64,000 bases of DNA from an uncultured Prevotellaceae bacterium (GTDB lineage Bacteria > Bacteroidota > Bacteroidia > Bacteroidales > Bacteroidaceae), in the NCBI GenBank assembly GCA_902800185.1, contig CADCDK010000002.1:49651-113650 (forward strand), given 5' to 3'. Both the position numbers and the translations under genes were made by a program. Positions 18,683-28,392 of this stretch are shown piece after piece (within the stretch, counting starts at the first letter, position 1; each line of letters begins with the position of its first letter). The notes beneath the pieces were generated by a model. That model was not told the DNA's origin. It made no database searches and was given only the letters and a program-made list of their open reading frames with translations.

Positions 18683-19486
18683 ATGATGGAAGCGAAAGAT
18701 AAGATCACCGAGCAGCCGTCGCGCTTTGACCATCTGGAGCAGATGTCGGTAGGCGAGTTATTGCGGCATATTAATGAAGAAGACGTGCTGGTGGCAGAGG
18801 CTGTCCGCAGGGCCTTGCCGCAAGTAGAGGCGTTGGTAGAAGCCATGGAGCCAAGAATGCGGCGTGGTGGCAGGCTCTTTTATGTCGGGGCCGGCACCAG
18901 CGGTCGGTTAGGCGTATTGGATGCCAGTGAATTGCCTCCCACCTTTGGCGTGCCCGAAACGTGGGTGATCGGTCTCATCGCCGGTGGCGAGAAAGCCTTG
19001 CGCCATGCTGTGGAGAAGGCGGAGGACGTGGCCGAACAGGGATGGAAAGACCTGGTGGCCTATCAGCCCGCCCCCGATGACACCGTGTTAGGTATTGCCG
19101 CCTCTGGCACCACTCCCTATGTGTTGGGTGCTGTCAGGGAGGCCAGAAAGAACGGCCTGCTGACGGGGTGCATCACCAGTAACCACAACACCCCATTGGC
19201 ACAGGCAGCGGAATTTCCCATTGAGACCATCGTGGGCCCGGAGTTCGTGACGGGTTCCAGTCGCATGAAGAGCGGTACGGCACAGAAGATGGTGCTGAAC
19301 ATGATCTCCACGACCCTGATGATTCGTTTAGGACGCGTACAGGGCAATCGCATGGTCAACATGCAACTGACCAATGCCAAGCTCGTTGACCGTGGAACCC
19401 GCATGCTCCAGGAGTCATTGGGACTGAGCTACGAAGAGGCGCGACAGCGACTGTTGGAGGCGGGCAGTGTGAGCGGCTGTCTATAA
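18683..19486 (+). CDS. murQ: N-acetylmuramic acid 6-phosphate etherase
   Basis: YVGAGTSGRLGVLDASELPPTFG, GPEFVTGSSRMKSGTAQKMVLNM. Confidence 0.95.
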   Translation: MMEAKDKITEQPSRFDHLEQMSVGELLRHINEEDVLVAEAVRRALPQVEALVEAMEPRMRRGGRLFYVGAGTSGRLGVLDASELPPTFGVPETWVIGLIAGGEKALRHAVEKAEDVAEQGWKDLVAYQPAPDDTVLGIAASGTTPYVLGAVREARKNGLLTGCITSNHNTPLAQAAEFPIETIVGPEFVTGSSRMKSGTAQKMVLNMISTTLMIRLGRVQGNRMVNMQLTNAKLVDRGTRMLQESLGLSYEEARQRLLEAGSVSGCL

Positions 19487-19583
19487 AAAACAAGCTTCTT
19501 CCGTCCTTTTTCGGGAAAAAAGCAGTAACTTTGTCCCATGATTTTGATTTCCAACGAATTTCTTGTATAAAACAACAACCGAT

Positions 19584-22500
19584 ATGAAACTTAAATCATT
19601 ACTCTTCGCCTGCGGAATGCTGCTCAGCACGCTTGCCGCCGAGGCACAGTCAACAGAGACTTTCAGCAGTAACATCGTGACCGACGAGGGTGCATGGTGC
19701 TGGTTCGCCGACCCGCGTGCCTTGCACTATGAGAACGAGGCGGGAACCATCAACGCCACCTACATGGGTTATATCGATGTACATGGCAATGTGAAGGCCA
19801 CGCAGTACGACTGGAAGACGGGTCGCAAGACCGATGTGCTCATCCGTTCCTACTTCCAGCCCGACGACCACAACAACCCCACCTTCATTGTCCTGCCCGA
19901 TGAGCGCGTGATGATTTTCTACACCCGTCACACCGACGAGGCGAAGATATGGTACCGCATCTCCCGAAAGCCTGGCGATATTACCGCCCTGGGTGAAGAG
20001 AAGTTCTTGGCGACGGCCGATAATACCACCTATCCGTCGCCCTTCTTCCTGAGCGACGACCCCACGCACATCTATCTCTGCTGGCGTGGTATCAGCTGGC
20101 ATCCTACCATTGCCCGCATCACCCTGCCCGACAGCGATGATAACTGCCAGTTCGACTTCGGTCCCAAGCAAATTGTTCAGTCCACGGGTGCGCGCCCCTA
20201 TGCCAAGTATTGTAGCAACGGCAAGGACAAGATTTACCTTTCCTATACCACAGGACACCCCGACAACGAAATGCCCAACTGGCTCTATTTCAATGTCATC
20301 GACATCAACCACGGCAATGGCCCTATCCTGCGTGACATCAAGGGAACGGAGCTCAAGAAGATCAGCGAAGGCAAGTTCAGCGTCAACAAAACCGACAGCT
20401 ATGCCAACACCTATCCCGCCACCATCGTTGACAACAAGTCAGGCATTCGCAACTGGGTGTGGCAGATTGCGCTCGACGAGGATGAGAATCCCGTCATCGC
20501 CTTCCCCCATCTCGACGATGGCAAGACCAACCACTATTATTATTATGGTAAGTGGACGGGTAGTGCCTGGCGCACCACCTTCGTCACCAATGCCGGCCAT
20601 GCCTTCCACCAGAACTGGAACTCCACCGAGCGTTGCTATAGTGGTGGTATGAGCCTTGACCCCGATCATGTGAACGACCTCTACGTCTCCATCCCCACCA
20701 AGGATGGCGAATATAACCGCGATGGAGTATATGAGATATGGAAGTTCACCATCGACGAGGAGGGCACGGTAGCAGGTTCCGAGCAGATCACTTCTGGTTC
20801 CGAGAAGAACAACTCCCGTCCCTTCGTCATTCCTGGCTCCAAGAATTCACCCATGCGTTTGGGCTGGATGAACGGCGACTATTATTATTGGATGGTGAAG
20901 CAGGGCTATCCCAAGGGCTATCCCACCGACCTTCGCTGTAACTATCAGTGGGAGGAACCACAGACCCCGGAGCCAGATGGTATTCCATATACTGCTTGTT
21001 GGTGCTTGGGCGTCAATAAGACATTGAATCTTGCCATCGCCATGAACGAGTCGAAATACGAGGGCAAGCTCTTCGTGATTGGCGAGGATATGACTTACGA
21101 GCTCGATTCCGACCTCTATCCCGTTCTGACCATTGGCGACAAGAGCTATCGCAGTCAGAACCGTCTGCTCACCTCCGACAACTGGGCAACGCAATCAACG
21201 GGAACCAATGGCGACAACCATCCCACGAAGCTCGACCTCTGGATTCTTTCGCTGACCTACGATGGACATACGCTCACCACCTATCGCAACGGCTATGTCG
21301 ATCAGGTCATCGAGATCGAAGACTTGCAGGGCGGATCTGCCGTTGCTACCGGCAATGATTTCAACCACGACCTTGTCGCACAGTCCGACTATTATGCCTG
21401 TGCCTCACCTCGGACGGTGCAGATGCTCGTTGACGGCCTGCGCAAACAGGCACAAACGGCTGTGCGGGAGCGTGCATTAAAAAGCATCAGCCTGCCCGAA
21501 GAGGTGCATGCCGATCTTGTCTTACCCACTACGGTCATGAAGCAGACGGTCACCTGGACGACCTCCCATGAGAAGATCATCAGTGCCACGGGTCTTGTCA
21601 GCTTCCCAGAGACTGAGACTGCCGTCACGCTGACGGCCAAGGTTGGAGACCAATCACGTGATTTCGTTGTGACGGTCTTGCCCCGCGACATCGAGAAGAA
21701 TCTCCGCTATGAGACCACAGGGCTCGACATGACTGCCAACACTGCTGCAGGGTTCGCGACGAACACAACGTTCACCGCTCCCGAGGGGTTGCTCAAAGAC
21801 CTGCGCTCCTACACGTTCCTGCTCACCGCCAATGCCAAGAGTCTCGCAACGGCACCGCGCTTCTACGACTTCGGCAGCGGCTCGGGCAACAGTGTCTTTC
21901 TGCGTGCCAATCCTCTCTCGGCAGGTGTGAAGTACAACGGCGGCGCCACCACCATGGTGAATGCCGAGACGCAGCTCACGGTCAACCAAGACTACAAGCT
22001 GGCCGTCACCTTTGATGCCGCCACGAAAACCACGACCATCTACGTTGATGGAGAGCGGCTGTGCAGCGGAACGGCCAATCAGGTGGAGCCCTACCAGCTG
22101 GAGCAGCTCGCCGCCGATACACGCAACTATATCGGTCGCACCCAGTGGTGGGATGGCTCTTATGCTGCCGATAACGTTGACTTCCAAGGCACCATCAACG
22201 ATTTCCGTCTCTATGACGTGGCCCTCACCCGCAAGGAAATCTGCCAGTTGCAGGGCATCGAGTATGAGGAGCGTGAACTGCCTACAGCTTTGACCAATAC
22301 CGACTTTGAAGATTCCTATACCGTGATGTCGGGCAGTGGCGTGCGTTCCGACCGTGCCATCTACGTGCCTCAGGGTTGGAGCATTGATTATACTAACCGC
22401 AACGAGAACGATCTCACTGCCCTGAAGAGCGGTGACAAGTTCTTCGATCAGTTCTTTGGCTCGCTTCCTGTTCCTTCTGAAGGCAGCACACAAACCTACT

Positions 22501-22955
22501 GGATACGCCAGAACTGGGGCACGCCCACTATCACGCTCTGGCAGGAGGTTCGTCTGCCCGAGGGCAAATACACGCTCACCGTCGATGTGTGGAAGAGTGG
22601 CTTGGGCGGCGATGCCGTGGTACAAGTAAAGGGCGAAACGGGAACACTGGTTGTGGCTCCCTCGTTGGAGAACAAGACCGCTTGGCAGCAATCCACGCTC
22701 GACTTCGAGAGCGATGGAGAGGCTTCCACCACGGTGATGCTCTCGGCTGTTCACAATAGCAATGGCTCGGAGAAGATCATTGGCTTCGACAATGTCGTAC
22801 TCCTCAAGCAGGTGGTTGATGGTATCAGTGATGTTTCGCTCAAGGACAGACTGAAGAGCGATGCCGTCTATGACCTGAACGGACGACGAGTTTCGGATTC
22901 CGTTCTTCCCAAGGGCATTTACATCAGGGGAGGCAAGAAGCACGTTGTTCAATAG
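19584..22955 (+). CDS. secreted BNR-4-repeat (beta-propeller) protein with Ig-like, LamG and T9SS-type C-terminal domains
   Basis: Signal peptide; EGAWCWFADPRA and DDHNNP propeller motifs; LamG-like LAVTFD..IYVDGE..YIGRTQWW..FQGTINDFRLYDVALT; tail AVYDLNGRRV..KGIYIRGGKKHVVQ. Confidence 0.8.
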   Translation: MKLKSLLFACGMLLSTLAAEAQSTETFSSNIVTDEGAWCWFADPRALHYENEAGTINATYMGYIDVHGNVKATQYDWKTGRKTDVLIRSYFQPDDHNNPTFIVLPDERVMIFYTRHTDEAKIWYRISRKPGDITALGEEKFLATADNTTYPSPFFLSDDPTHIYLCWRGISWHPTIARITLPDSDDNCQFDFGPKQIVQSTGARPYAKYCSNGKDKIYLSYTTGHPDNEMPNWLYFNVIDINHGNGPILRDIKGTELKKISEGKFSVNKTDSYANTYPATIVDNKSGIRNWVWQIALDEDENPVIAFPHLDDGKTNHYYYYGKWTGSAWRTTFVTNAGHAFHQNWNSTERCYSGGMSLDPDHVNDLYVSIPTKDGEYNRDGVYEIWKFTIDEEGTVAGSEQITSGSEKNNSRPFVIPGSKNSPMRLGWMNGDYYYWMVKQGYPKGYPTDLRCNYQWEEPQTPEPDGIPYTACWCLGVNKTLNLAIAMNESKYEGKLFVIGEDMTYELDSDLYPVLTIGDKSYRSQNRLLTSDNWATQSTGTNGDNHPTKLDLWILSLTYDGHTLTTYRNGYVDQVIEIEDLQGGSAVATGNDFNHDLVAQSDYYACASPRTVQMLVDGLRKQAQTAVRERALKSISLPEEVHADLVLPTTVMKQTVTWTTSHEKIISATGLVSFPETETAVTLTAKVGDQSRDFVVTVLPRDIEKNLRYETTGLDMTANTAAGFATNTTFTAPEGLLKDLRSYTFLLTANAKSLATAPRFYDFGSGSGNSVFLRANPLSAGVKYNGGATTMVNAETQLTVNQDYKLAVTFDAATKTTTIYVDGERLCSGTANQVEPYQLEQLAADTRNYIGRTQWWDGSYAADNVDFQGTINDFRLYDVALTRKEICQLQGIEYEERELPTALTNTDFEDSYTVMSGSGVRSDRAIYVPQGWSIDYTNRNENDLTALKSGDKFFDQFFGSLPVPSEGSTQTYWIRQNWGTPTITLWQEVRLPEGKYTLTVDVWKSGLGGDAVVQVKGETGTLVVAPSLENKTAWQQSTLDFESDGEASTTVMLSAVHNSNGSEKIIGFDNVVLLKQVVDGISDVSLKDRLKSDAVYDLNGRRVSDSVLPKGIYIRGGKKHVVQ

Positions 22956-22991
22956 CTTGGTGACCCAAAGAAAAGAAAGCCTTATACAAAA

Positions 22992-23027
22992 ACATGGCCC
23001 TGTCCGAGATATCGGGCAGGGCCATGT
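22992..23027. terminator. bidirectional terminator
   Basis: ACATGGCCCTGTCCGA-GATA-TCGGGCAGGGCCATGT; the A-run on its left gives a U-tail for the tRNA transcript. Confidence 0.8.
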
Positions 23028-23037
23028 GCTAAACGGG

Positions 23038-23112
23038 TGGGGACGAACAGGCTCGAACTGTTGACCTCTGCAATGTGACTGCAGCGCTCTAAACCAACTG
23101 GGCTACGCCCCC
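23038..23112 (-). tRNA. tRNA-Val(CAC)
   Basis: GGGGGCG/CGTCCCC acceptor stem, D-loop AGTTGGTTTA, anticodon arm CTGCA-GTCACAT-TGCAG, T-arm AACAG-TTCGAGC-CTGTT, discriminator A, no encoded CCA; TAACTTTG promoter at 23131-23138. Confidence 0.9.
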
Positions 23113-23331
23113 GTTTGTTGTTTTGCGGTGCAAAGTTACGAATAAGCAGGCATAAAACAAAAGAAATCATCCGTTTTTTTTGGTTTGCAATCGTTTTTTC
23201 GTCGCTCAGCCCGTAGGGATGCTTGCTTCATGCAAGAATTTTGGCTTCACCGAAGTTACTGACACTCGGCAGTGAAAAGAAAAAACAAGCTTTTCTTTTG
23301 CACTGCTCTCGTTTTTTCGTAACTTTGCACC

Positions 23332-24363
23332 ATGACAGAAGATTTTGATATCCGAGAAGAGCGGCTGTCGCAAGGCGAGAAAGACTTCGAAAACGCTCTC
23401 CGTCCGTTGCGGTTTGATGACTTCAGCGGTCAGCAGGGTGTGGTGGAAAACCTCGAAGTGTTCGTTGAGGCTGCCAAGTATCGAGGCGAGCCACTCGACC
23501 ATACGTTGTTGCATGGGCCTCCCGGACTGGGTAAGACCACCCTCTCCAACATCATTGCCAACGAGCTGGGCGTGGGGTTCAAGCTGACCAGTGGACCTGT
23601 TCTTGACAAGCCTGGCGACTTGGCGGGCATCCTCACCTCGTTAGAGCCGCGCGACGTGCTCTTTATTGACGAAATCCACCGGCTGTCGCCTGTGGTGGAG
23701 GAGTATCTCTATTCCGCCATGGAGGACTATCGCATCGATATCATGATCGACAAGGGACCCTCGGCACGCTCCATCCAAATAGACCTGAACCCCTTCACAC
23801 TCGTCGGGGCGACCACCCGCAGCGGACTACTCACTGCTCCTCTGCGTGCACGCTTTGGCATCAACCTCCATTTGGAGTATTACGACCCCGATACCCTGCG
23901 CCGGATCATCGAGCGCTCGTCACGCATTTTGGGCGTTCCCATCGACGATGATGCGGCTCATGAGATTGCCCGTCGCTCCCGTGGTACGCCCCGTATCGCC
24001 AATGCCCTGTTGCGTCGTGTACGCGACTTCGCACAAGTGAAAGGCAACGGACGCATCGATACCCGCATTGCCAAGGTTGCGCTGACGGCACTGAACATCG
24101 ACCAGTATGGACTTGACGAGATTGACAACAAAATCCTGCTCACCATCATTGATAAGTTCCGGGGTGGGCCTGTGGGCATCTCGACCATTGCCACCGCCAT
24201 CGGTGAGGATGCCGGCACCGTGGAGGAGGTCTATGAACCTTATCTCATCATGGAGGGCTTCATCAAGCGCACGCCCCGTGGACGCATGGTCACGGAGTTG
24301 GCATACCACCACCTCGGGCGCAATCCCTATCGCCAGAACTCCATGGAGCAGCAGCTGTTCTGA
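23332..24363 (+). CDS. ruvB: Holliday junction branch migration helicase RuvB
   Basis: [55 protein letters not shown]. Confidence 0.97.
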   Translation: MTEDFDIREERLSQGEKDFENALRPLRFDDFSGQQGVVENLEVFVEAAKYRGEPLDHTLLHGPPGLGKTTLSNIIANELGVGFKLTSGPVLDKPGDLAGILTSLEPRDVLFIDEIHRLSPVVEEYLYSAMEDYRIDIMIDKGPSARSIQIDLNPFTLVGATTRSGLLTAPLRARFGINLHLEYYDPDTLRRIIERSSRILGVPIDDDAAHEIARRSRGTPRIANALLRRVRDFAQVKGNGRIDTRIAKVALTALNIDQYGLDEIDNKILLTIIDKFRGGPVGISTIATAIGEDAGTVEEVYEPYLIMEGFIKRTPRGRMVTELAYHHLGRNPYRQNSMEQQLF

Positions 24364-24404
24364 GGCAGACGGCAGAAAACGCTCATCGGTTATCCCTGAA
24401 CATC

Positions 24405-25070
24405 ATGATAGAAAAGAGCAAGAAAATATTCTATACAGCCAAAGAGGAATTGTGGAACTCATGGTCACACGCTGGCGGAATCGTGTTAGGTGTGGCCATG
24501 GGCGTGGCTTTCCTTTATTATACCGCACGCAGTGAGAACGGCTGGGCAACGGCAGGTGTCATTCTTTATCTTTTTGGCATGCTGATGTCCTATATCGCCT
24601 CAACGGTTTACCACGCGCTGCCCGCTGTTTCCAAATGGAAAGCCCATCTGCGCAAGTGGGATCATGCCGCCATCTACTGGCATATCGCCGGCTCCTATTC
24701 ACCCATCACACTTGTGGCCATGCGCGACCAAGGCTACTGGGGATGGGCGCTTTTTGTTTTTGTCTGGACGAGTGCCCTTGTCGGAACCATTGTTTCTTTC
24801 ATCCGTTTGAAGGATCACAGCCATTTGGAGACCATCTGCTTCTGTCTGATGGGGTTGAGTGTGCTCATTGCGTTCAAGCCGTTGCTCGAATGTGTGAGTG
24901 CCGCTGCCTTTGGCTGGATTATTGCCGAGGGTGTCTGCTACATCACGGGTGCCCTGTTCTACAGTCTGAACAAACGTCGGTACATGCACACCGTCTTCCA
25001 CTTCTTTGTCTTGGCAGGAAGCGTCTGTCACATCGTCGCCGTTTGGGACATCCTTTTCAGTATCTCGTGA
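24405..25070 (+). CDS. hemolysin III / PAQR family membrane protein
   Basis: EELWNSWSH, ASTVYH, DHAAIYWHIAGSYSP, HTVFHFFVLAGSVCH. Confidence 0.9.
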   Translation: MIEKSKKIFYTAKEELWNSWSHAGGIVLGVAMGVAFLYYTARSENGWATAGVILYLFGMLMSYIASTVYHALPAVSKWKAHLRKWDHAAIYWHIAGSYSPITLVAMRDQGYWGWALFVFVWTSALVGTIVSFIRLKDHSHLETICFCLMGLSVLIAFKPLLECVSAAAFGWIIAEGVCYITGALFYSLNKRRYMHTVFHFFVLAGSVCHIVAVWDILFSIS

Positions 25071-25090
25071 ACAACACGATCAACAAAGCA

Positions 25091-25711
25091 TTATAATAGA
25101 AGAATCCCCTCTGGTCCCATGTTGAAAAGCAAGTCGAGGACGGAGAGGTTTGGCAGGAAGCCGTGGCGCTCACGGAACACCTGATAGTAAGGACGTGATT
25201 CGAAGCTGTCGTCGGGAAGTGGGTGCTTCGGACGGATGGCTTCGCGTAAATCCACTAATGAGGATGGTGAAGTGAGGAGTGTGGAGGAGGGAAGGAACTG
25301 GGTGGTGAGCTTGATGTTCGCCTGGATGTCTAACAGCTGACAAAGCGTTTCCGTGATGGCGAGGTTGTAGTCGAAGAGGAAGTCCCATCGACGCTCGAAG
25401 AACGGCAGCAGGTCGTCGGCGTAGTATTCGAAGAAAGGACTCTCGCCGTAGGCCGACTGCAGGGCGTTCCAGTGCAGGTGTCGCCAGTTGCCGTGTTCGG
25501 AGATACGGATATCCTTCATCAGCGTGGTCTCTCCCCGTTCTACGGGCACCGTCAGTGCCTGCGTTCCGTTGGCGGTGGCAATGACACAGCGGTTGCGGTA
25601 GGTCTGCTTGATAAAGCTCTCGTAGCGTTCCACATAACAAATTTCGGCTCTGTGCAGTTTCTGATACCACTGCACAGGGCCGAAATACGTTGAAGACAAA
25701 AGAACTTCCAT
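25091..25711 (-). CDS. WbqC family protein
   Basis: KQTYRNRC, LTVPV, WRHLHWNALQSAYGESPFFEYY, YYQVF..GFLPNLSVLDLLFNMGP. Confidence 0.9.
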   Translation of the reverse strand: MEVLLSSTYFGPVQWYQKLHRAEICYVERYESFIKQTYRNRCVIATANGTQALTVPVERGETTLMKDIRISEHGNWRHLHWNALQSAYGESPFFEYYADDLLPFFERRWDFLFDYNLAITETLCQLLDIQANIKLTTQFLPSSTLLTSPSSLVDLREAIRPKHPLPDDSFESRPYYQVFRERHGFLPNLSVLDLLFNMGPEGILLL

Positions 25712-25713
25712 CC

Positions 25714-25762
25714 CCCTTAAACTCCTTAAACCTCTTAAACCCTTTAAACTCTTAAACTACTA
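25714..25762. repeat. degenerate 8-9-mer tandem repeat (CTTAAACTC-like, about 5 copies)
   Basis: cccttaaactccttaaacctcttaaaccctttaaactcttaaactacta fills the lepB-wbqC gap. Confidence 0.75.
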
Positions 25763-25764
25763 AG

Positions 25765-27207
25765 CTACTTAATATCATCCACCAGCGTGAAGAGTCGGCT
25801 CCAGCGGATGCCGGAGAAGCCCTTGCGGTCGGGGTCGTGGCTCCACCAGATGAAGATCGGTTTGCCCACGATGTGGTCTTCGGGCACGAAGCCCCAGAAG
25901 CGTGAGTCTGCGGAGTTGTGGCGGTTGTCGCCCATCATCCAGTAGTAGTCGAGTTTGAAGGTATAGGAATCAGCTAATTTCCCGTTGATGTAGATTTGTC
26001 CGTTCTTCACCTTCAGGTCGTTGTCTTCATAGACGCGGATGGGGCGCTCGTAGATGGCGATATTGTCCATGTTCAGCTTGATGCTTTCCCCTTTCTTCGG
26101 AATCCACACGGGGCCGTAGTTGTCGCGTGTCCATCCTGTATTGGCGTTGCGGGGATACACCTTTCCCAATTCCGTCTCGTCGTTGTAGCTGATGCTTTCC
26201 ACGATGTCCTTGCGGGCGGCCAGTACCTTGGCGGCAGCCTGAGTGAGCGGCATGTAGCCGAACTGGTTGAGGCTGGTCAGAGACTCCATGGAGATGCCTA
26301 ACTCCTCCATGAGCTCTTCGGGGAATCGCTCACGCAGTTTGATGCGGTAGGTGTATTGCACGTTGTCTGGCTCCTTGTTGGGCTTGCCGTCCAGATAGAC
26401 GATGTGATTCTTGATCTGCAGCGTCTGTCCGGGAAGTCCCACGCAACGCTTCACGTAGTTCTCACGGCGGTCGGTGGGACGGCTGTCGATAGAGCCGTAG
26501 GTGTTGGGATTATTCTCCAAATAGCGGCGGCCCAGTGCATACACCTCCTTGTACAAATCATAGATCTGCGCATTGTTCATGGTGGAGAAGTCGGGATTGC
26601 CTAAGTTCTGGCGGAACAGCTCCTCACCACAGTCATACACCATCTGGTAGTACATGGTCTCGTAGGGCATTTCGGTTAGGATGGTGTCACCGGCCGGATA
26701 GTTGAACACCACGATGTCGTTCAGCTGTACGGTGCCAAGACCTTCCACCCGACGATAGTCCCAGTGCGGGTACTCGATGTACGATTTGGTTCCGATAAAC
26801 GGCATGGTATGTTGTGTGAGCGGCATGGTGAGCGGTGTCTGCGGGATGCGCGGACCATAGGAAACCTTCGAGACGAAGAGGTAGTCGCCCGTGAGCAGTG
26901 ACTTCTCCAACGATGACGAGGGAATCACGTAGTTCTGGAAGAAGAACTGGTTGATGAAATACACGGCCACGAGTGCGAAGACTAGTGCGTCAACCCACGA
27001 CATGATGAAGCGGGTGGGACCTTCGGAATCCTTCCACCACTGCCATCGGATCTTCTTGGTGATATATACATCAAATATAAAAGGTGTGACGAGCAATCCC
27101 CACCAACTCTTCACCCAACAGAGGAAGGCGAGGTAGAGTGCCAATACCACGATGAACTTGGCCCATTGTACTTTGGGGTTCAGTTTTGCTTTTTCCTTAT
27201 CAATCAT
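25765..27207 (-). CDS. lepB: signal peptidase I
   Basis: IPSSSLEKSLLTGDYLFVSK (Ser), NYVKRCVGLPG (Lys), MMGDNRHNSADSRFWGFVP. Confidence 0.95.
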   Translation of the reverse strand: MIDKEKAKLNPKVQWAKFIVVLALYLAFLCWVKSWWGLLVTPFIFDVYITKKIRWQWWKDSEGPTRFIMSWVDALVFALVAVYFINQFFFQNYVIPSSSLEKSLLTGDYLFVSKVSYGPRIPQTPLTMPLTQHTMPFIGTKSYIEYPHWDYRRVEGLGTVQLNDIVVFNYPAGDTILTEMPYETMYYQMVYDCGEELFRQNLGNPDFSTMNNAQIYDLYKEVYALGRRYLENNPNTYGSIDSRPTDRRENYVKRCVGLPGQTLQIKNHIVYLDGKPNKEPDNVQYTYRIKLRERFPEELMEELGISMESLTSLNQFGYMPLTQAAAKVLAARKDIVESISYNDETELGKVYPRNANTGWTRDNYGPVWIPKKGESIKLNMDNIAIYERPIRVYEDNDLKVKNGQIYINGKLADSYTFKLDYYWMMGDNRHNSADSRFWGFVPEDHIVGKPIFIWWSHDPDRKGFSGIRWSRLFTLVDDIK

Positions 27208-27301
27208 TGTCTTTGTCGTCTTTTGTTTCTGATGATTTCTGCATGTTTTGGCTGCAAAGGTAGATATAAAATCACATTTTTAGGCAAAAAACAAAGAAAA
27301 A

Positions 27302-28288
27302 TCACATTTTTTGTAATATTCCCCGGCATTCCTCAAGAATGGCGGTCAGTTCCTGTTCGGTTTCTGCCCGGAGCATGCGGATGCGTGTCTGGCGGAAGTC
27401 GGGGATGCCTTTGAAGAGGGGACTGGAAGCTAAGTGGCGACGGGTGTGCAGGATGCCTCGGTACTCGTCGATGCGCTCGATGTTGATGCGCAACTGCTCT
27501 TGCAGGATGTCAATCTTCTCGTTGATGGTCAGGGGCTTGTAGGCTCCCTCTGGCTGCTCTGCCGCCTTCAGTTCCTGGAATATCCAGGGTGCGCCAAACG
27601 TAGCGCGGCCAATCATTACGGCATCCACGCCATAGTCTCGGAAGGCGCGCTCCACGTCCTCTTGGGTCTTGATGTCGCCGTTGCCGATGATGGGGATGTG
27701 GATGCGCGGGTTGCGCTTCACCTCTCCGATGAGTGTCCAGTCGGCTTCGCCCGTGTACATCTGTGAACGGGTGCGGCCGTGGATGGTCAGTGTCTGGATG
27801 CCGCAGTCCTGCAACTGCTCTGCCAGCTCGGTGATGATGAGGTTCTCCTTGTCCCAGCCTAAGCGGGTCTTCACCGTCACGGGAGTCTTGACCGCCTTCA
27901 CAACCTCGCGCGTGATCTCCAACAGCAGGGGGATGTTGCGCAGCATGCCCGCACCGGCACCCTTGCCCGCCACCTTCTTCACAGGACAGCCGAAGTTCAG
28001 GTCGATGACATCGGGCTTGGCTTCCTCGACAATCTTCGCGGCTTCGACCATCGCTTCCACGTCGCGCCCGTAGATCTGTATGCCCACGGGACGTTCCTCG
28101 TCGCTGATGGTCAGCTTGTTCAGGGTCGATTTGACCGAGCGCACCAGAGCCTCTGCCGATACGAACTCTGTATAGACCATCGAGGCTCCGAATCGCTTGC
28201 ACAGCATGCGGAAGCCGATGTCGGTCACGTCTTCCATCGGTGCTAAGAAGAGCGGGCGTTCTCCGAACTCAATGTTTCCAATCTTCAT
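27302..28288 (-). CDS. dusB: tRNA dihydrouridine synthase
   Basis: LAPMEDVTD, IDLNFGCP, TVKTRLGW, TIHGRT, IGNGDI, VMIGRA. Confidence 0.93.
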   Translation of the reverse strand: MKIGNIEFGERPLFLAPMEDVTDIGFRMLCKRFGASMVYTEFVSAEALVRSVKSTLNKLTISDEERPVGIQIYGRDVEAMVEAAKIVEEAKPDVIDLNFGCPVKKVAGKGAGAGMLRNIPLLLEITREVVKAVKTPVTVKTRLGWDKENLIITELAEQLQDCGIQTLTIHGRTRSQMYTGEADWTLIGEVKRNPRIHIPIIGNGDIKTQEDVERAFRDYGVDAVMIGRATFGAPWIFQELKAAEQPEGAYKPLTINEKIDILQEQLRINIERIDEYRGILHTRRHLASSPLFKGIPDFRQTRIRMLRAETEQELTAILEECRGILQKM

Positions 28289-28392
28289 GTTCTTGTTTGC
28301 TTTTGGCTGCAAAGGTAAAAAAAAGTTGAGAGTTGAGCGTTGAGAGTGGGGAGAATTTTGTACTTTTGTACACAATAATCAATGATAGAACG

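Noticed and set aside
22956-23331. Integrative element at tRNA-Val
   Set aside because: No integrase, and no duplicated tRNA 3' end was noticed in the window.
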